A stretch of DNA of 64,000 bases, taken from the NCBI GenBank assembly GCA_045596625.1, contig JAZOCU010000054.1, positions 29,282 to 93,281 on the forward strand. The letters run 5' to 3'. Every line of letters starts with the position of its first letter. Position 1 is the first letter of the stretch. Under the pieces are notes generated by a model. It did no database searches. It had not been told where the DNA came from and saw only the letters and a list, made by a program, of their open reading frames with translations. The DNA comes from Oscillospiraceae bacterium. GTDB lineage: Bacteria > Bacillota > Clostridia > Oscillospirales > Ruminococcaceae. The translations under genes were made by a program, and so were the position numbers. Below are positions 1 to 9,230 of this stretch, piece after piece.

Positions 1-994
1 CAGCATCGGCACCCACTTCAATTCTGCCTTTGTGCGTTGCACCGATCAGATCGGCAGGAGTACGGGTTGCCATTGTCACCGCATCAGCAAAGGGAACACC
101 AAAGGAAATCGCCTGCTTAACACAGTTCCACAAGGTAGAAGTAGAGCCTGCGATCGCACCATCCATGGTGCGTGCTACGCTGTTTTTCACTTCAATAGGC
201 TGACCGCCGAACTCATAGATGCCATCGGTCAAACCGGTCGCACGCATACTGTCACTGATAATGACCATGCGCTCAGGTCCGAAGGTTTTATACAGCATCA
301 GTACAATGGACGGATGCAAGTGGAGTCCGTCTGTAATTGCCTGCACATAGATGTTCTTTTGTACAGCAGCACCGATCGGGCCGGGATTGCGGTGATGAAT
401 ACCGGGCATTGCATTGAATGTATGGGTCAAGCACATAGCACCGGCTTCGATTGCTTCGATACAGGTATCGTAATCAGCAGCGGTATGCCCCAACGATACC
501 ACAGCGCCGCAATTCTTGATAAAATCCATGCTGCCGGCGAGCTCCGGCGCAATGGTAACCATTTTCATATCGGGCAGGCTCTTGAATTCAGCAAGATCGG
601 GATCCTTAATGAACTTGCCATTCTGTGCGCCCTTATACTTCTCAGCGATATACGGACCTTCCATATGGAAGCCCAAGATCTGTGCACCGGAAACCTCACG
701 GGATGCCTCCGTCACACGACGAATGGATTCATAATCCATTGTCATGGTAGTCGGCAGGAAAGAAGTCGTACCATTCTGTGCCAGATAATTGCTGATCTCT
801 TCAAAATGTGCATCCATGGTATCATAGCCGGCACAACCGTGGGTATGAATATCCACAAGACCGGGAATGACGATCATGGCATCATAGTTTTCGCCTTCAG
901 TATCGGGAGATGCCGGTGCAATGGCAGTAATCTTGCCATTTTCAACGGTAATATCGGAAAGAACACCATTCAGTGTCAGATTCTTCAAAATCAT
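1..994 (-). CDS. nagA: N-acetylglucosamine-6-phosphate deacetylase (3' end cut by window edge)
   Basis: Own translation of the minus strand from ATG at 992-994: MILKNLTLNGVLSDITVENGKITAI...VIPGLVDIHTHGCAGYD...ILGFHMEGPYI...SLGHTAA...THTFNAM. These are amidohydrolase metal-ligand motifs typical of NagA. Missing from the ORF track because it runs off the window. The listed + ORF 32..1027 is its antisense shadow. Confidence 0.85.
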   Translation of the reverse strand, partial: MILKNLTLNGVLSDITVENGKITAIAPASPDTEGENYDAMIVIPGLVDIHTHGCAGYDTMDAHFEEISNYLAQNGTTSFLPTTMTMDYESIRRVTEASREVSGAQILGFHMEGPYIAEKYKGAQNGKFIKDPDLAEFKSLPDMKMVTIAPELAGSMDFIKNCGAVVSLGHTAADYDTCIEAIEAGAMCLTHTFNAMPGIHHRNPGPIGAAVQKNIYVQAITDGLHLHPSIVLMLYKTFGPERMVIISDSMRATGLTDGIYEFGGQPIEVKNSVARTMDGAIAGSTSTLWNCVKQAISFGVPFADAVTMATRTPADLIGATHKGRIEVGADA

Positions 995-1100
995 AAAAGC
1001 AAACCAAAGTCACGCAATCAGGCGTGATACCCTTTCATTCGTAGTATCGGCCCTGCATGGCTGCGCATAGCGGAACCGTACAGGATGCCGGTGCCGCGAT

Positions 1101-2444
1101 TTATTGCGCGGTGCTGGGAAGACTGGCTGCTGCAACAGCCTGACCGACACGGCGATCCATCTCATCGGGAAGGATAAACTGAATCTGTTCATACAATGCA
1201 GGGAATTCTGCCTTCAGCACTTCCTTGGCACCATGGATCACCAGATCACCGCCAATACCGGAAGTCACACGACCGGAAATCTGCAAATACCGGATATCAT
1301 AGAAATCGGCATAATTTGCGATCGCATAACCGAAATAGGTGCCGATGGTGCGGAAAATATCCTTCGCACCCTCATGCCCCTGCTCCAGCAGCTCCTGCAC
1401 TGCCTTCAGCTTTTCAGCCAGAGTCAGTGAATCATCCAATGCAATACCCGCCTTGGGGGCAAGACGAATTACGGCATCCTGCGAGAAATATTTCACGCCG
1501 CAGCCATAATCGCCCGACCATTCATCCACAGCGGAATCGGGATTATAGTCCACAGGCACAAATGCAAGCTCATTATGCCAGCCCGTCACATTGCCGTTGC
1601 TGTCCACATAGCCGCCTGCCTGACTCGTACCCATTGCGATACCCAGCACACCATTGACATCCAATGCCATAGATGCTGCCAGTGCAGCCACATCACCGTC
1701 ATTGGCAACAGCATAGGGAACACCCATTTTCTCCAGAACATCGACATAAACATTCTTACAGGCATCGCCCTGTGTGTCCTTCGGTACCTTCAAGAACAGA
1801 TGAGAAACCATCGCACGATTTGCTACCAAAACACCTGCCGTACTTACGCCGACCGCATCAAAGCGAGGCATTTTAGACGCAGCCAGTTCGATCGCTTCTC
1901 TGATATGCTGCTGATGATAGGAAATATCCTCAGCAAGTTTCGGCAGCCAGATCAGCTCCTGCGACCAAATGGTTTCGCCATCCACTACGGCAGCAACCTT
2001 GATATCGCTGCCGCCGGCATCAAATCCGACACGGCAGCCACCCAGATTTCGTCCGATCGAAAGCGGACGGGCACAGCTTTCGGGCATATCCTCCATGCTG
2101 CGTTCTTCCACCTCAAAGGGACGCTCATAGGTCGTACTCCAGAAATCTACATCAAAAGCACGAATGCCTTCTTTCGTATAGGCATCCCGAATATAGCAAT
2201 ATACCTCATGATCGCCGGCAAGGATCACCTTCCAGCCGCCGGCACACCAGAGAATGGTTTTGATCAAGCGTTCTGCATAAAGGCAGTTTTGCGCAGTGTC
2301 ATCACCGAGCATCGTATCACGGCGATACACGAGTCCGTCCTCACGCTCAACGGCAATGGAAAACGGGCGCTTTGCGGTGCTGAGAAAATTGCGGTTAAAG
2401 TACACCGCAGGGACAAAGCTGTCATCGAGAATTGGTTTGATCAT
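1101..2444 (-). CDS. ROK-family sugar kinase-like protein with N-terminal extension
   Basis: 447 aa. The C-terminal two thirds carry actin-fold/ROK motifs (GFDAGGSDIKVAAV, VANDGDVAALA, GIAMGTSQAGG). About 130 aa at the N-terminus are of unknown function. Same strand, between the epimerase and nagA. Confidence 0.65.
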   Translation of the reverse strand: MIKPILDDSFVPAVYFNRNFLSTAKRPFSIAVEREDGLVYRRDTMLGDDTAQNCLYAERLIKTILWCAGGWKVILAGDHEVYCYIRDAYTKEGIRAFDVDFWSTTYERPFEVEERSMEDMPESCARPLSIGRNLGGCRVGFDAGGSDIKVAAVVDGETIWSQELIWLPKLAEDISYHQQHIREAIELAASKMPRFDAVGVSTAGVLVANRAMVSHLFLKVPKDTQGDACKNVYVDVLEKMGVPYAVANDGDVAALAASMALDVNGVLGIAMGTSQAGGYVDSNGNVTGWHNELAFVPVDYNPDSAVDEWSGDYGCGVKYFSQDAVIRLAPKAGIALDDSLTLAEKLKAVQELLEQGHEGAKDIFRTIGTYFGYAIANYADFYDIRYLQISGRVTSGIGGDLVIHGAKEVLKAEFPALYEQIQFILPDEMDRRVGQAVAAASLPSTAQ

Positions 2445-2525
2445 TCGCGTGCAATTCCTTTCAGTTATTCAAAGGGTATGGGGCGATCGCCGCCGATATG
2501 CATCAGCAGCGATCTATGGAAAAAT

Positions 2526-3488
2526 TCACTTTGTATTCTTGATGTTCCAGCGGAACGGACAAAGTCTTGCTGCTTTACTGGTATCAAACATAAAGTTTTT
2601 GTCCATCGTTGCGAAATCCAGGAAACGATAATCCGTTCGCTCTTGCGGCGTTACGCTGCCGAACACACGCTTCAGCAGTGCATTGCCGATGCTGTTGCGC
2701 TGCAATACCGGGCCCAGACGATGGTTTTCCTTCATAAAGGTAATAATTTCCGAAGCCATAACAAGACTGGAATCCGCAACATTATAGTTGCCGGTATACG
2801 TCAGCTCATCTGCTTGTCGCAAAAAACAAATGATGAAATCGGAAACATTATGTAGACAGCACATATGGAATCCATATTCACCGGTGCGGTATACAAACAG
2901 TGTCTTATCCTTCGGATCTGTAATACGGGACATCAAATTATCCGTAAAATCAAGAGAATACACCGGCGGGATCCGCATAATGCAGCAGATCATGGTTTTG
3001 GTGCGGGCAACATCTGCGGCAAATGCACGCTCCGCTTCGGATTTCAGCTTGCCATAATTTGTGATCGGGCGTTTGGGATCATCCTCACGAACAGGCTCAC
3101 GATTTTCAGGCTGCTTGTAGACCTGCGTTGTACTGACCAGAATGAACTTCTTGATGTTCTTGCCGACAGCAAGCTTATACAAGAATTTATCACAAGCGGC
3201 ACTCAAATCGATCTCTGCTTTGTCCACGATAGGGCCAAGATCATTATCCACAGTGCATGCAAGGTGGACAACATAATCGACTTCAAATTCGTCAAAAATG
3301 TCGCCGTATTTTCCTTTTTCATTTGGGGCTGCCTGGCGGAAGAAATAGTTTTCTTTTTGCGCGTTATAATCACTGGGTTTTGTGTCAACGGCAATGACTG
3401 TATTTCCTTTTTTGAGGAGACCGGAACAAACCTTATCTCCGATCATTCCGCAGCCACCGGTAATCAAAACGGTTGCCATATAAATCAC
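2526..3488 (-). CDS. NAD-dependent epimerase/dehydratase family protein
   Basis: N-terminal Rossmann motif VLITGGCGMIGDKV and the extended-SDR YxxxK motif (YGKLK). Start is ambiguous between GTG 3488 and ATG 3479. Confidence 0.75.
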   Translation of the reverse strand: MIYMATVLITGGCGMIGDKVCSGLLKKGNTVIAVDTKPSDYNAQKENYFFRQAAPNEKGKYGDIFDEFEVDYVVHLACTVDNDLGPIVDKAEIDLSAACDKFLYKLAVGKNIKKFILVSTTQVYKQPENREPVREDDPKRPITNYGKLKSEAERAFAADVARTKTMICCIMRIPPVYSLDFTDNLMSRITDPKDKTLFVYRTGEYGFHMCCLHNVSDFIICFLRQADELTYTGNYNVADSSLVMASEIITFMKENHRLGPVLQRNSIGNALLKRVFGSVTPQERTDYRFLDFATMDKNFMFDTSKAARLCPFRWNIKNTK

Positions 3489-3554
3489 GCATTCCTTTCT
3501 CTGATGAGGCTGCCTGAATCAATTCGCAGCACTCACCCGCAATCATACAATTCT

Positions 3555-3583
3555 ATTATAACACAGCTTGCTTTGAAATGCAA
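3555..3583 (-). promoter_or_regulatory. sigma-A type promoter for the epimerase-ROK-nagA unit
   Basis: Minus strand reads TTGCAT, 17 nt, TATAAT, about 65 nt upstream of the start codon. Confidence 0.5.
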
Positions 3584-3685
3584 GCAGGAGCACTAAATTT
3601 ACTGTTTTTTTTCGTTTGGCACAAAAAACGGCGCATTCCGATGTGCAGATTGCATAATTTTCGTCTGTTTTTATCGAAATATCTC

Positions 3686-4153
3686 TCATTGTTTATTGCG
3701 CAGCTGCAAAAAAAAGCGGCGAAGCTGCTCCACACAAGGTTCTTCCAGCAATCCGGCCGTCACACGAGGACGATGATTGTAGGGCAGAGAAAACATTTCC
3801 TCTACCGAGCAGACCGCCCCGCCCTTCTCATCATAAGCGCCAAATACGACACGATCCAGTCGTGCATTGATGATCGCTCCGCTGCACATAGGACAAGGTT
3901 CCATGGTAACATACAATATACAGCCCGATAGCCGCCATGAGCCTCGTTTCTGTGCAGCCGCTTCAATTGCGATCAGCTCGGCATGTGCCAGCGGCGAATG
4001 GCTTGATTCCCGTTTGTTATAGCCTTGCCCAAGAATCTCGCCGGTATCCCGCTGCACCACCAGTGCGCCCACCGGGATCTCTCCTGCCGCCGCAGCAAGC
4101 TCTGCCAGCCGCATGGCTTCCCGCATATAATCGAAATCGTCCACAAAGCTCAC
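3686..4153 (-). CDS. tadA: tRNA adenosine(34) deaminase
   Basis: 155 aa with the cytidine/deoxycytidylate deaminase zinc motifs HAELIAI and MEPCPMCSGAI. Confidence 0.9.
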   Translation of the reverse strand: MSFVDDFDYMREAMRLAELAAAAGEIPVGALVVQRDTGEILGQGYNKRESSHSPLAHAELIAIEAAAQKRGSWRLSGCILYVTMEPCPMCSGAIINARLDRVVFGAYDEKGGAVCSVEEMFSLPYNHRPRVTAGLLEEPCVEQLRRFFLQLRNKQ

Positions 4154-4172
4154 CTCTCTTGCAAACCGAACA

Positions 4173-5309
4173 CTAATAAACCAACTGAATCAGTGCAAAG
4201 ATCAACGAAATCGCAAGCCACGGCAGCATCGTCATCGTCTCTGAAAAAATCAGCAGCTTTTTGCCGGATGGCAGATATGTATTGCGATTGGAATACAGCA
4301 GATTGTTTCGCCGTTCCAGCCAATAAAACAGAAATGCCAAACCGGATACTGCCAAAAGAATCAACAGATAGCCACCGATGGAAAGCGCTGCATCATCCTG
4401 ATATACAAGGCTCAGCCGTGCATAGATCAGCGCAGCATATACTGCGCGCAATATCACGCAATTATGGAAAGAACCGCCCTTCACCAGCAAATAGCCCGAA
4501 GCGATTCCCACACAGCATTCTCCCAATCGTGCAGGCAGCGCATTGGGCAGCAAAAAGGCGATTCCGGCAACGATCAAAACCGCAAAACGATCACCAAACT
4601 GCCGCAGCACCGGCAGAAGCGTACCTCGCAGCAGCAGCTCACTGAGGATCGAAACAACCACGGCATCGAACAGGCCATAGGTCGTCATTGCAAGCGTGTT
4701 CTTATAGGAAAACAACTGTTGTGCCGCCTCTGCACCGCTATTCATTGCAAAATCCGGAATGCAATACACAGCAGCGCACAGCATCGCACCACCGATCGCT
4801 GCCACGGTCTCCGGAAATGCACGCACCGAAAACGGTACCCGCACTCTTGTCGGCAGGCGGAAATAGTGATTCAGCAGCAGCAGCGCACCGCCATATTGCA
4901 GCAGCACCACCAATGTCCGCACACCTACGACCAGCCATTGACTGCCGCCCATTGTCAGAGTCAGAAAATCAAGCCGAATATCCAATCCCAGCCGCTGCAG
5001 CATCCAGATCAAAAACGATCCGCACAACAGATAGCATACCAGGAACAGCATCAATGCAAGTCCAATCAATTCGCTGACACGTTGAAGTGTATTCCGTTCT
5101 ATGATCGCTACATCAGTAGAAGCGAAGCCCGTGCCATCCATATAGCTATGTTCTTTCTTGTTCTGCGAACAGCGATAAAGAAAGCGTGATTTTGAATTCT
5201 TACGCCATAAATGATAATCGCGGTTATATTGCACATTTCTGCTGTCATAGCAAAAATCTTCTACAACATCAATATAGTCGGCATCCCGAACCGCCACAAT
5301 CTGTTCCAC
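4173..5309 (-). CDS. polytopic membrane protein, possibly CPBP-family intramembrane protease
   Basis: 378 aa with multiple hydrophobic helices. GTG start preceded by GGAGG. SELLLRG resembles CPBP motif 1 (EExxxR). Family assignment is tentative. Confidence 0.45.
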   Translation of the reverse strand: MEQIVAVRDADYIDVVEDFCYDSRNVQYNRDYHLWRKNSKSRFLYRCSQNKKEHSYMDGTGFASTDVAIIERNTLQRVSELIGLALMLFLVCYLLCGSFLIWMLQRLGLDIRLDFLTLTMGGSQWLVVGVRTLVVLLQYGGALLLLNHYFRLPTRVRVPFSVRAFPETVAAIGGAMLCAAVYCIPDFAMNSGAEAAQQLFSYKNTLAMTTYGLFDAVVVSILSELLLRGTLLPVLRQFGDRFAVLIVAGIAFLLPNALPARLGECCVGIASGYLLVKGGSFHNCVILRAVYAALIYARLSLVYQDDAALSIGGYLLILLAVSGLAFLFYWLERRNNLLYSNRNTYLPSGKKLLIFSETMTMLPWLAISLIFALIQLVY

Positions 5310-5629
5310 AGCCTTCGCCTCCTTTCCGATAGTTTCTCATTCTTATTCTATCAAAAGCCTCTGGGAAAAGAAGTTGCTTTTCGTAAATAAAATATGAACA
5401 AATTGTAAATAAGTCACTTCATATTGATTTTATTTCCATCACTGCACTTTTCTGCCGAATCTATGCACAAAAACGGATCCCGCACAAATGTCCCGCTCTC
5501 TCAAAACGGGATATCGTAAGCCCAAACAGAAAAGGCGATACCCATGCAGCCATCGCCGATCCATAATTTATCCTTGTTGTTGCAAAAGCTGATTCAACAC
5601 CGCGTAAATGTCATCTGCATGATACCCAA

Positions 5630-5664
5630 AGGACGCTGATAATTTACTTATCAGCGTCCTTTTT
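5630..5664. terminator. hairpin terminator downstream of the CarD-like gene (bidirectional shape)
   Basis: AGGACGCTGATAA / TTATCAGCGTCCT 13-bp stem with a 5-nt loop. T5 follows on the plus side; a weaker TTTGGG follows on the minus side. Confidence 0.55.
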
Positions 5665-5769
5665 CTGCCAATATTCAATTTATCACTTCACACATTTCCG
5701 GTACATGGAACAGCTTTGTTTTCAATGTGTTCTGAATTCAGAGTTCACGCAAAGCCGCCTGTTTTGATT

Positions 5770-6291
5770 CTATTCGATCGTCTGCATCTGATTGCTGATA
5801 TATGCAGGTACATCCTTCTGTTTGATCCCCATAGAATAGGCAAATTCCTCATCAATGATCCGCAGAGCTTCCTTCCATGCCAACAGGTCGGCAGAGGCTA
5901 ATTTTTTGCCGTTTCTTCGCAAGGTTTCTCTTTGCTGTTCCAATGTATAGAGCAATTGCAGCAATGTCTGCGTATCACCGACAGAAAGGATTCGGCGAAA
6001 TTCTGCAGCCCGCTGCTTGCGTTCCTCGATCCAAAGAGATGGAAGATCGGACAATGCAGCGATCATCGCATCGATCTCCGCCTTTGACAGAAGCGGCTTG
6101 ATCTTTGCACAAAGCGCAGCATTATCCAGCGGCACAAGAATCGCCATGGAAGGATTGCCGACCGGCTTCAGTTCACAGCATTTCCGCATATGCTGCGCAT
6201 CGGGGAAAGGCACTGTCTCAATTCGTTCCACACGACAGACACCGGTTCCGCCATAGCGTACGCACTGCCCTACGACAAGCTGTTCGATCAT
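5770..6291 (-). CDS. CarD/CdnL-family RNA polymerase-binding regulator
   Basis: N-terminal segment VGQCVRYGGTGVCRVERIE resembles the CarD_TRCF Tudor-like domain. Start moved to ATG 6291 (GGAGG RBS) instead of the track start 6360. Confidence 0.6.
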   Translation of the reverse strand: MIEQLVVGQCVRYGGTGVCRVERIETVPFPDAQHMRKCCELKPVGNPSMAILVPLDNAALCAKIKPLLSKAEIDAMIAALSDLPSLWIEERKQRAAEFRRILSVGDTQTLLQLLYTLEQQRETLRRNGKKLASADLLAWKEALRIIDEEFAYSMGIKQKDVPAYISNQMQTIE

Positions 6292-6430
6292 TATACCGCC
6301 TCCTTTCTCTTGGCTTATAGTTTTATTATAGCATATTTTTTGCAATTTCTCAAGCGTCATTTTTCACAAATTTTGCTGAAACATCGTCATTTTTCATAAG
6401 ACAACAGGAAATATTCGGCAAATTAACTGC

Positions 6431-6464
6431 AAAAAACTGCCCTTGATGTTTCCATCAAAGGCAG
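6431..6464 (-). terminator. rho-independent terminator after the 141-aa hypothetical gene
   Basis: Minus strand: CTGCCTTTGATG GAAA CATCAAGGGCAG followed by TTTTTTG. Confidence 0.65.
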
Positions 6465-6502
6465 CCTTGTATCAAAATTATAATATGCGATCCAGGATTC
6501 GT

Positions 6503-6928
6503 TTATTGCACAACATTTACAGGAGAAGCCGCCATTGTCAAGGCTTCATCCATCTCAGCATACACGCTGTACAGATCCAGCACGCAAGCCTCAAGCGCAC
6601 GGCAAACACGTTCATCCAGACCAAAGGAATCTCGCAGTGCATTCAAGGTGCGGCGCTCGTTTACATCCTCAAAGCTGTCACAGATCGCAACAGAGAACAG
6701 TTCCATGTATACCTTGCGGCGAAGCGTCTCATCCAGATGCGCCAGCGTATTACGAGCAGCATTAGCTGCCGCAGCATCATAAGAGAAGCCGATCACGCCC
6801 ATTTCGCGCTCATATTGTTCGAGGATTTGTGTTTCCTCCAGATTCACAATACCGTCATCTTCGATGATTTCCGATGCCAGTGTCAAAAATGCCTCTGCTT
6901 CAATTTTTCCAAGCTCATGTAAAAACAT
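6503..6928 (-). CDS. hypothetical acidic helical protein
   Basis: 141-aa ORF with its own promoter and terminator. No motif I can name; a TerB-like helical bundle is only a guess. Confidence 0.5.
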   Translation of the reverse strand: MFLHELGKIEAEAFLTLASEIIEDDGIVNLEETQILEQYEREMGVIGFSYDAAAANAARNTLAHLDETLRRKVYMELFSVAICDSFEDVNERRTLNALRDSFGLDERVCRALEACVLDLYSVYAEMDEALTMAASPVNVVQ

Positions 6929-7002
6929 TGCCGATCATTCCTTTCCGAATCGATATTTTCGTAAGATCCATTCCGAAATGCCATCTGCATTTCTTACAAA
7001 AC

Positions 7003-7031
7003 AGTATACCATATCTGCGGAAAAAATGCAA
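7003..7031 (-). promoter_or_regulatory. sigma-A type promoter for the 141-aa gene
   Basis: Minus strand reads TTGCAT, 17 nt, TATACT. Confidence 0.5.
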
Positions 7032-7079
7032 GCGATTTCACAAAACACCGTCAAATCTTCACGATGCATGCAGATAATA

Positions 7080-9122
7080 TCAATCCAGCATTGCAAGTTT
7101 CCGCAAGATCAAAGCTGCATCCGAGGCCGTTGGTTTTCCATCACGGTCAAGATCTGCCTGCGCTCTGCCTTGCAGCGTTACCGTAACCTGCGGGTCTTCC
7201 GCCACAAACCGGCACAACAATACAACATCAGCAATGGCTACCACGCCGTTTTCATCCACATCACCCAGCAACAATACCGGTGGCTCTGTGGTGGTAGTGG
7301 TTGTCGTAGTTGTAGTGGTTGTCGTAGTTGTTGTGGTGGTAGTGGTTGTTGTGGTTTCCGGTATCGGCTGACAATAGAGGGTACAAGCATCTGCTGAGCC
7401 ATATGACTCGGCACCGCCTGATATCCGAAGCTGAATTGTTACCCGGTCACCATTATACGCATTAGCGGATACTGTAGGGCTCTGCCATTGGTTCCAGCCG
7501 GTCAGATCTCCTTCTGCGGTATCACATACCGTACCATTCACCGCAATGGTCAATACATAATGGGAAGTAGCATCCCCTTGCATCTGCAAGGAAAATACAT
7601 ATGCACCATCTTTGCGGATCTGTACATCGGTTGAAGCGGTGCTGCCGGAAAATGCCGTCTTGGAATACCAATGCAAGGCACAGGCGCCATCATAAGGATC
7701 CTCCTGCCGCACATCAAAATGATCGCCGGCAGTCGGCTGCAGATTCCATCCGCTGGGACGGTCTGTCCATCCATTTTGCATTTCAAAGCCGGGATTCACC
7801 AGCAGATTATCCGGATCAGTTGTCACGCCGCTGCCACGGATCTGCTGAAATACCGACAGGGAGGAAAGCGGCTTGCCGGATGCATCGAACAACGCCTGAT
7901 TATCTACAGAGCTGCCGCCATAATACTTACCGTCGGGATCGTATTCCATAGATGCCTGCGTTGCCCAGCCGGATCCGTCACGCTCCCATTTCTGCAGATT
8001 CTCATCATAGCTGTTGCCCACCGAAAGCCATGCAGGCTCCCAGTAAAACGCACCGATTCCTCTGCCGTTGTCTACAGCAGCCACAGCAGCAAACACATCG
8101 CTGATGCATTGTGCCTGTCCTTCGGGGCTGATGGCATAATTCACATAGCTGCCCAGATCACCATCACCCGAAATGGTATTGGGGAAGTAATCCGCATCGG
8201 TTTTGGTATACAGCCAAGAGGTTTCTGCCACCATGACAAGCTTGTTGTAATTCTTCGCAACGCCATTGAGAACATTGGTCAGATTCGCCATGGTGCCGTG
8301 CCAATAGGGGTAATAGGAAGATGCAAACACATCATAATCCACATTGCATTGTGCAAGCATCTGAGCATAATAATCATAATTGCCCGATTTTTCGGGATTG
8401 GTAAAATGAATGGCAACCAGCGTATTCCGATCAAATTCGCGCACAGCTCTGGCGCCTGCATTCCACAGATTGCCAAGCAGCTGCCAGCCCTCAAGACTCC
8501 AGTTATAATCCGAAAGCATAGTGCCGCACATACCACCCGTCGTTTCATTACCGATCTGCACCATCGCGATCTGTGCACCGGTAGCAGCAACCTGTTTTAA
8601 TGTACCGGCAGTAAACTCATAAATCGCCTGTGCTTTCTGATCATTATTATAATTCGCCCAAGCTTTGGGGGCCTTTTGCTTGGCAGGATCTGCCCAGAAA
8701 TCCGAATAATGGAAATCCAGCAGCATTGCAAGTCCTGCATCGGCACAGCGCTTTGCAATAGCAACAGCACAATCTACATCGCAGGCACCTCCGCCATAGG
8801 TCGCACGGCTTGAAGAATGATAAGGATCGTTCCAGATCCGCACACGCACAGTATTCACACCGGATGCCGCCAACGTTTGAAAGATATCACAAGGATTTCC
8901 CTGTGCATCCCGATATACCACGCCGCTGCGCTCCAAGGCAATCACCGAAGACACATCCACACCCTTGAACGGTGCGCCGTCTGCAAAGGGTGTTGCTGTA
9001 AGTCCTTGAAACACCACCGGTGAGGCTGCTTCCGCTTTGATAACAGAGGCATCCGGCAACGCAGTACCCAGCAGCATCGCAGCCGCACAGCAAAGGGAAA
9101 GAAAAACATTTCTCTTTTTCAT
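7080..9122 (-). CDS. cellulosomal arabinogalactan endo-beta-1,4-galactanase (GH53 - CBM-like module - Thr linker - dockerin)
   Basis: Signal peptide MKKRNVFLSLCCAAAML. GH53 core motifs: GVDVSS, VRVRIWNDP, DFHYSDFWADPAKQ, VQIGNETTGG, AFYWEPAW. A jelly-roll CBM-like module begins NLLVNPGFE. About 23 consecutive Thr follow. The dockerin carries Ca-binding repeats DVDENGVVAIADV and DLDRDGKPTASDA. Start set at ATG 9122 (GGGGA RBS). Confidence 0.85.
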   Translation of the reverse strand: MKKRNVFLSLCCAAAMLLGTALPDASVIKAEAASPVVFQGLTATPFADGAPFKGVDVSSVIALERSGVVYRDAQGNPCDIFQTLAASGVNTVRVRIWNDPYHSSSRATYGGGACDVDCAVAIAKRCADAGLAMLLDFHYSDFWADPAKQKAPKAWANYNNDQKAQAIYEFTAGTLKQVAATGAQIAMVQIGNETTGGMCGTMLSDYNWSLEGWQLLGNLWNAGARAVREFDRNTLVAIHFTNPEKSGNYDYYAQMLAQCNVDYDVFASSYYPYWHGTMANLTNVLNGVAKNYNKLVMVAETSWLYTKTDADYFPNTISGDGDLGSYVNYAISPEGQAQCISDVFAAVAAVDNGRGIGAFYWEPAWLSVGNSYDENLQKWERDGSGWATQASMEYDPDGKYYGGSSVDNQALFDASGKPLSSLSVFQQIRGSGVTTDPDNLLVNPGFEMQNGWTDRPSGWNLQPTAGDHFDVRQEDPYDGACALHWYSKTAFSGSTASTDVQIRKDGAYVFSLQMQGDATSHYVLTIAVNGTVCDTAEGDLTGWNQWQSPTVSANAYNGDRVTIQLRISGGAESYGSADACTLYCQPIPETTTTTTTTTTTTTTTTTTTTTTTEPPVLLLGDVDENGVVAIADVVLLCRFVAEDPQVTVTLQGRAQADLDRDGKPTASDAALILRKLAMLD
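7287..7355 (-). repeat. coding homopolymeric Thr linker (ACN codon run)
   Basis: About 23 successive Thr codons read on the minus strand between the CBM-like module and the dockerin. Confidence 0.9.
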
Positions 9123-9138
9123 ATGCAAATCCCCTTCA

Positions 9139-9149
9139 ATACAATTGAT
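9139..9149. promoter_or_regulatory. ATACAATTGAT motif copy 1 (candidate operator half)
   Basis: ATACAATTG recurs 65 bp away at 9204-9212. This copy lies between the predicted GH53 transcription start and the RBS. Confidence 0.3.
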
Positions 9150-9173
9150 AAGCGAAAACATTTCCGCAATGTT

Positions 9174-9202
9174 ACTATATCATAAAACTCGCTCCTGTAC
9201 AA
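9174..9202 (-). promoter_or_regulatory. candidate promoter of the GH53 gene
   Basis: Minus strand reads TTGTAC, 17 nt, TATAGT, about 50 nt upstream of ATG 9122. Confidence 0.4.
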
Positions 9203-9203
9203 G

Positions 9204-9215
9204 ATACAATTGTAT
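9204..9215. promoter_or_regulatory. perfect 12-bp palindrome ATACAATTGTAT (candidate operator)
   Basis: Self-complementary. It abuts the -35 box of the candidate GH53 promoter. Confidence 0.35.
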
Positions 9216-9230
9216 TCTTTTACTGACGAA

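Noticed and set aside
32-1027. 331-aa ORF on the plus strand at the left edge
   Set aside because: It is the antisense shadow of nagA. The minus-strand translation gives a clean NagA sequence with metal-ligand motifs. The plus-frame product is Cys/His/Arg/Ile-rich, has no motif and has no RBS.
3489-3685. Possible SRP (4.5S/scRNA) gene downstream of tadA, as in the Bacillus tadA-scr synteny
   Set aside because: No GGAAGCAGCC-type domain IV motif and no long hairpin on either strand. The region is accounted for by the epimerase promoter and short weak hairpins.
5410-5535. 41-codon ORF (MDRRWLHGYRLFCLGLRYP...) on the minus strand in the 5310-5769 gap
   Set aside because: It overlaps two hairpins, has an Arg/Cys-rich composition, and has only a marginal AGGA RBS. 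I judge it more likely non-coding.
6961-6997. Nested stem-loop (GTAAGA...GAAATGC AGATG GCATTTC...TCTTAC) at the 5' end of the 141-aa gene transcript
   Set aside because: At about 37 nt it is too small and featureless to match any riboswitch class I know. It is probably a 5' stabilising hairpin.
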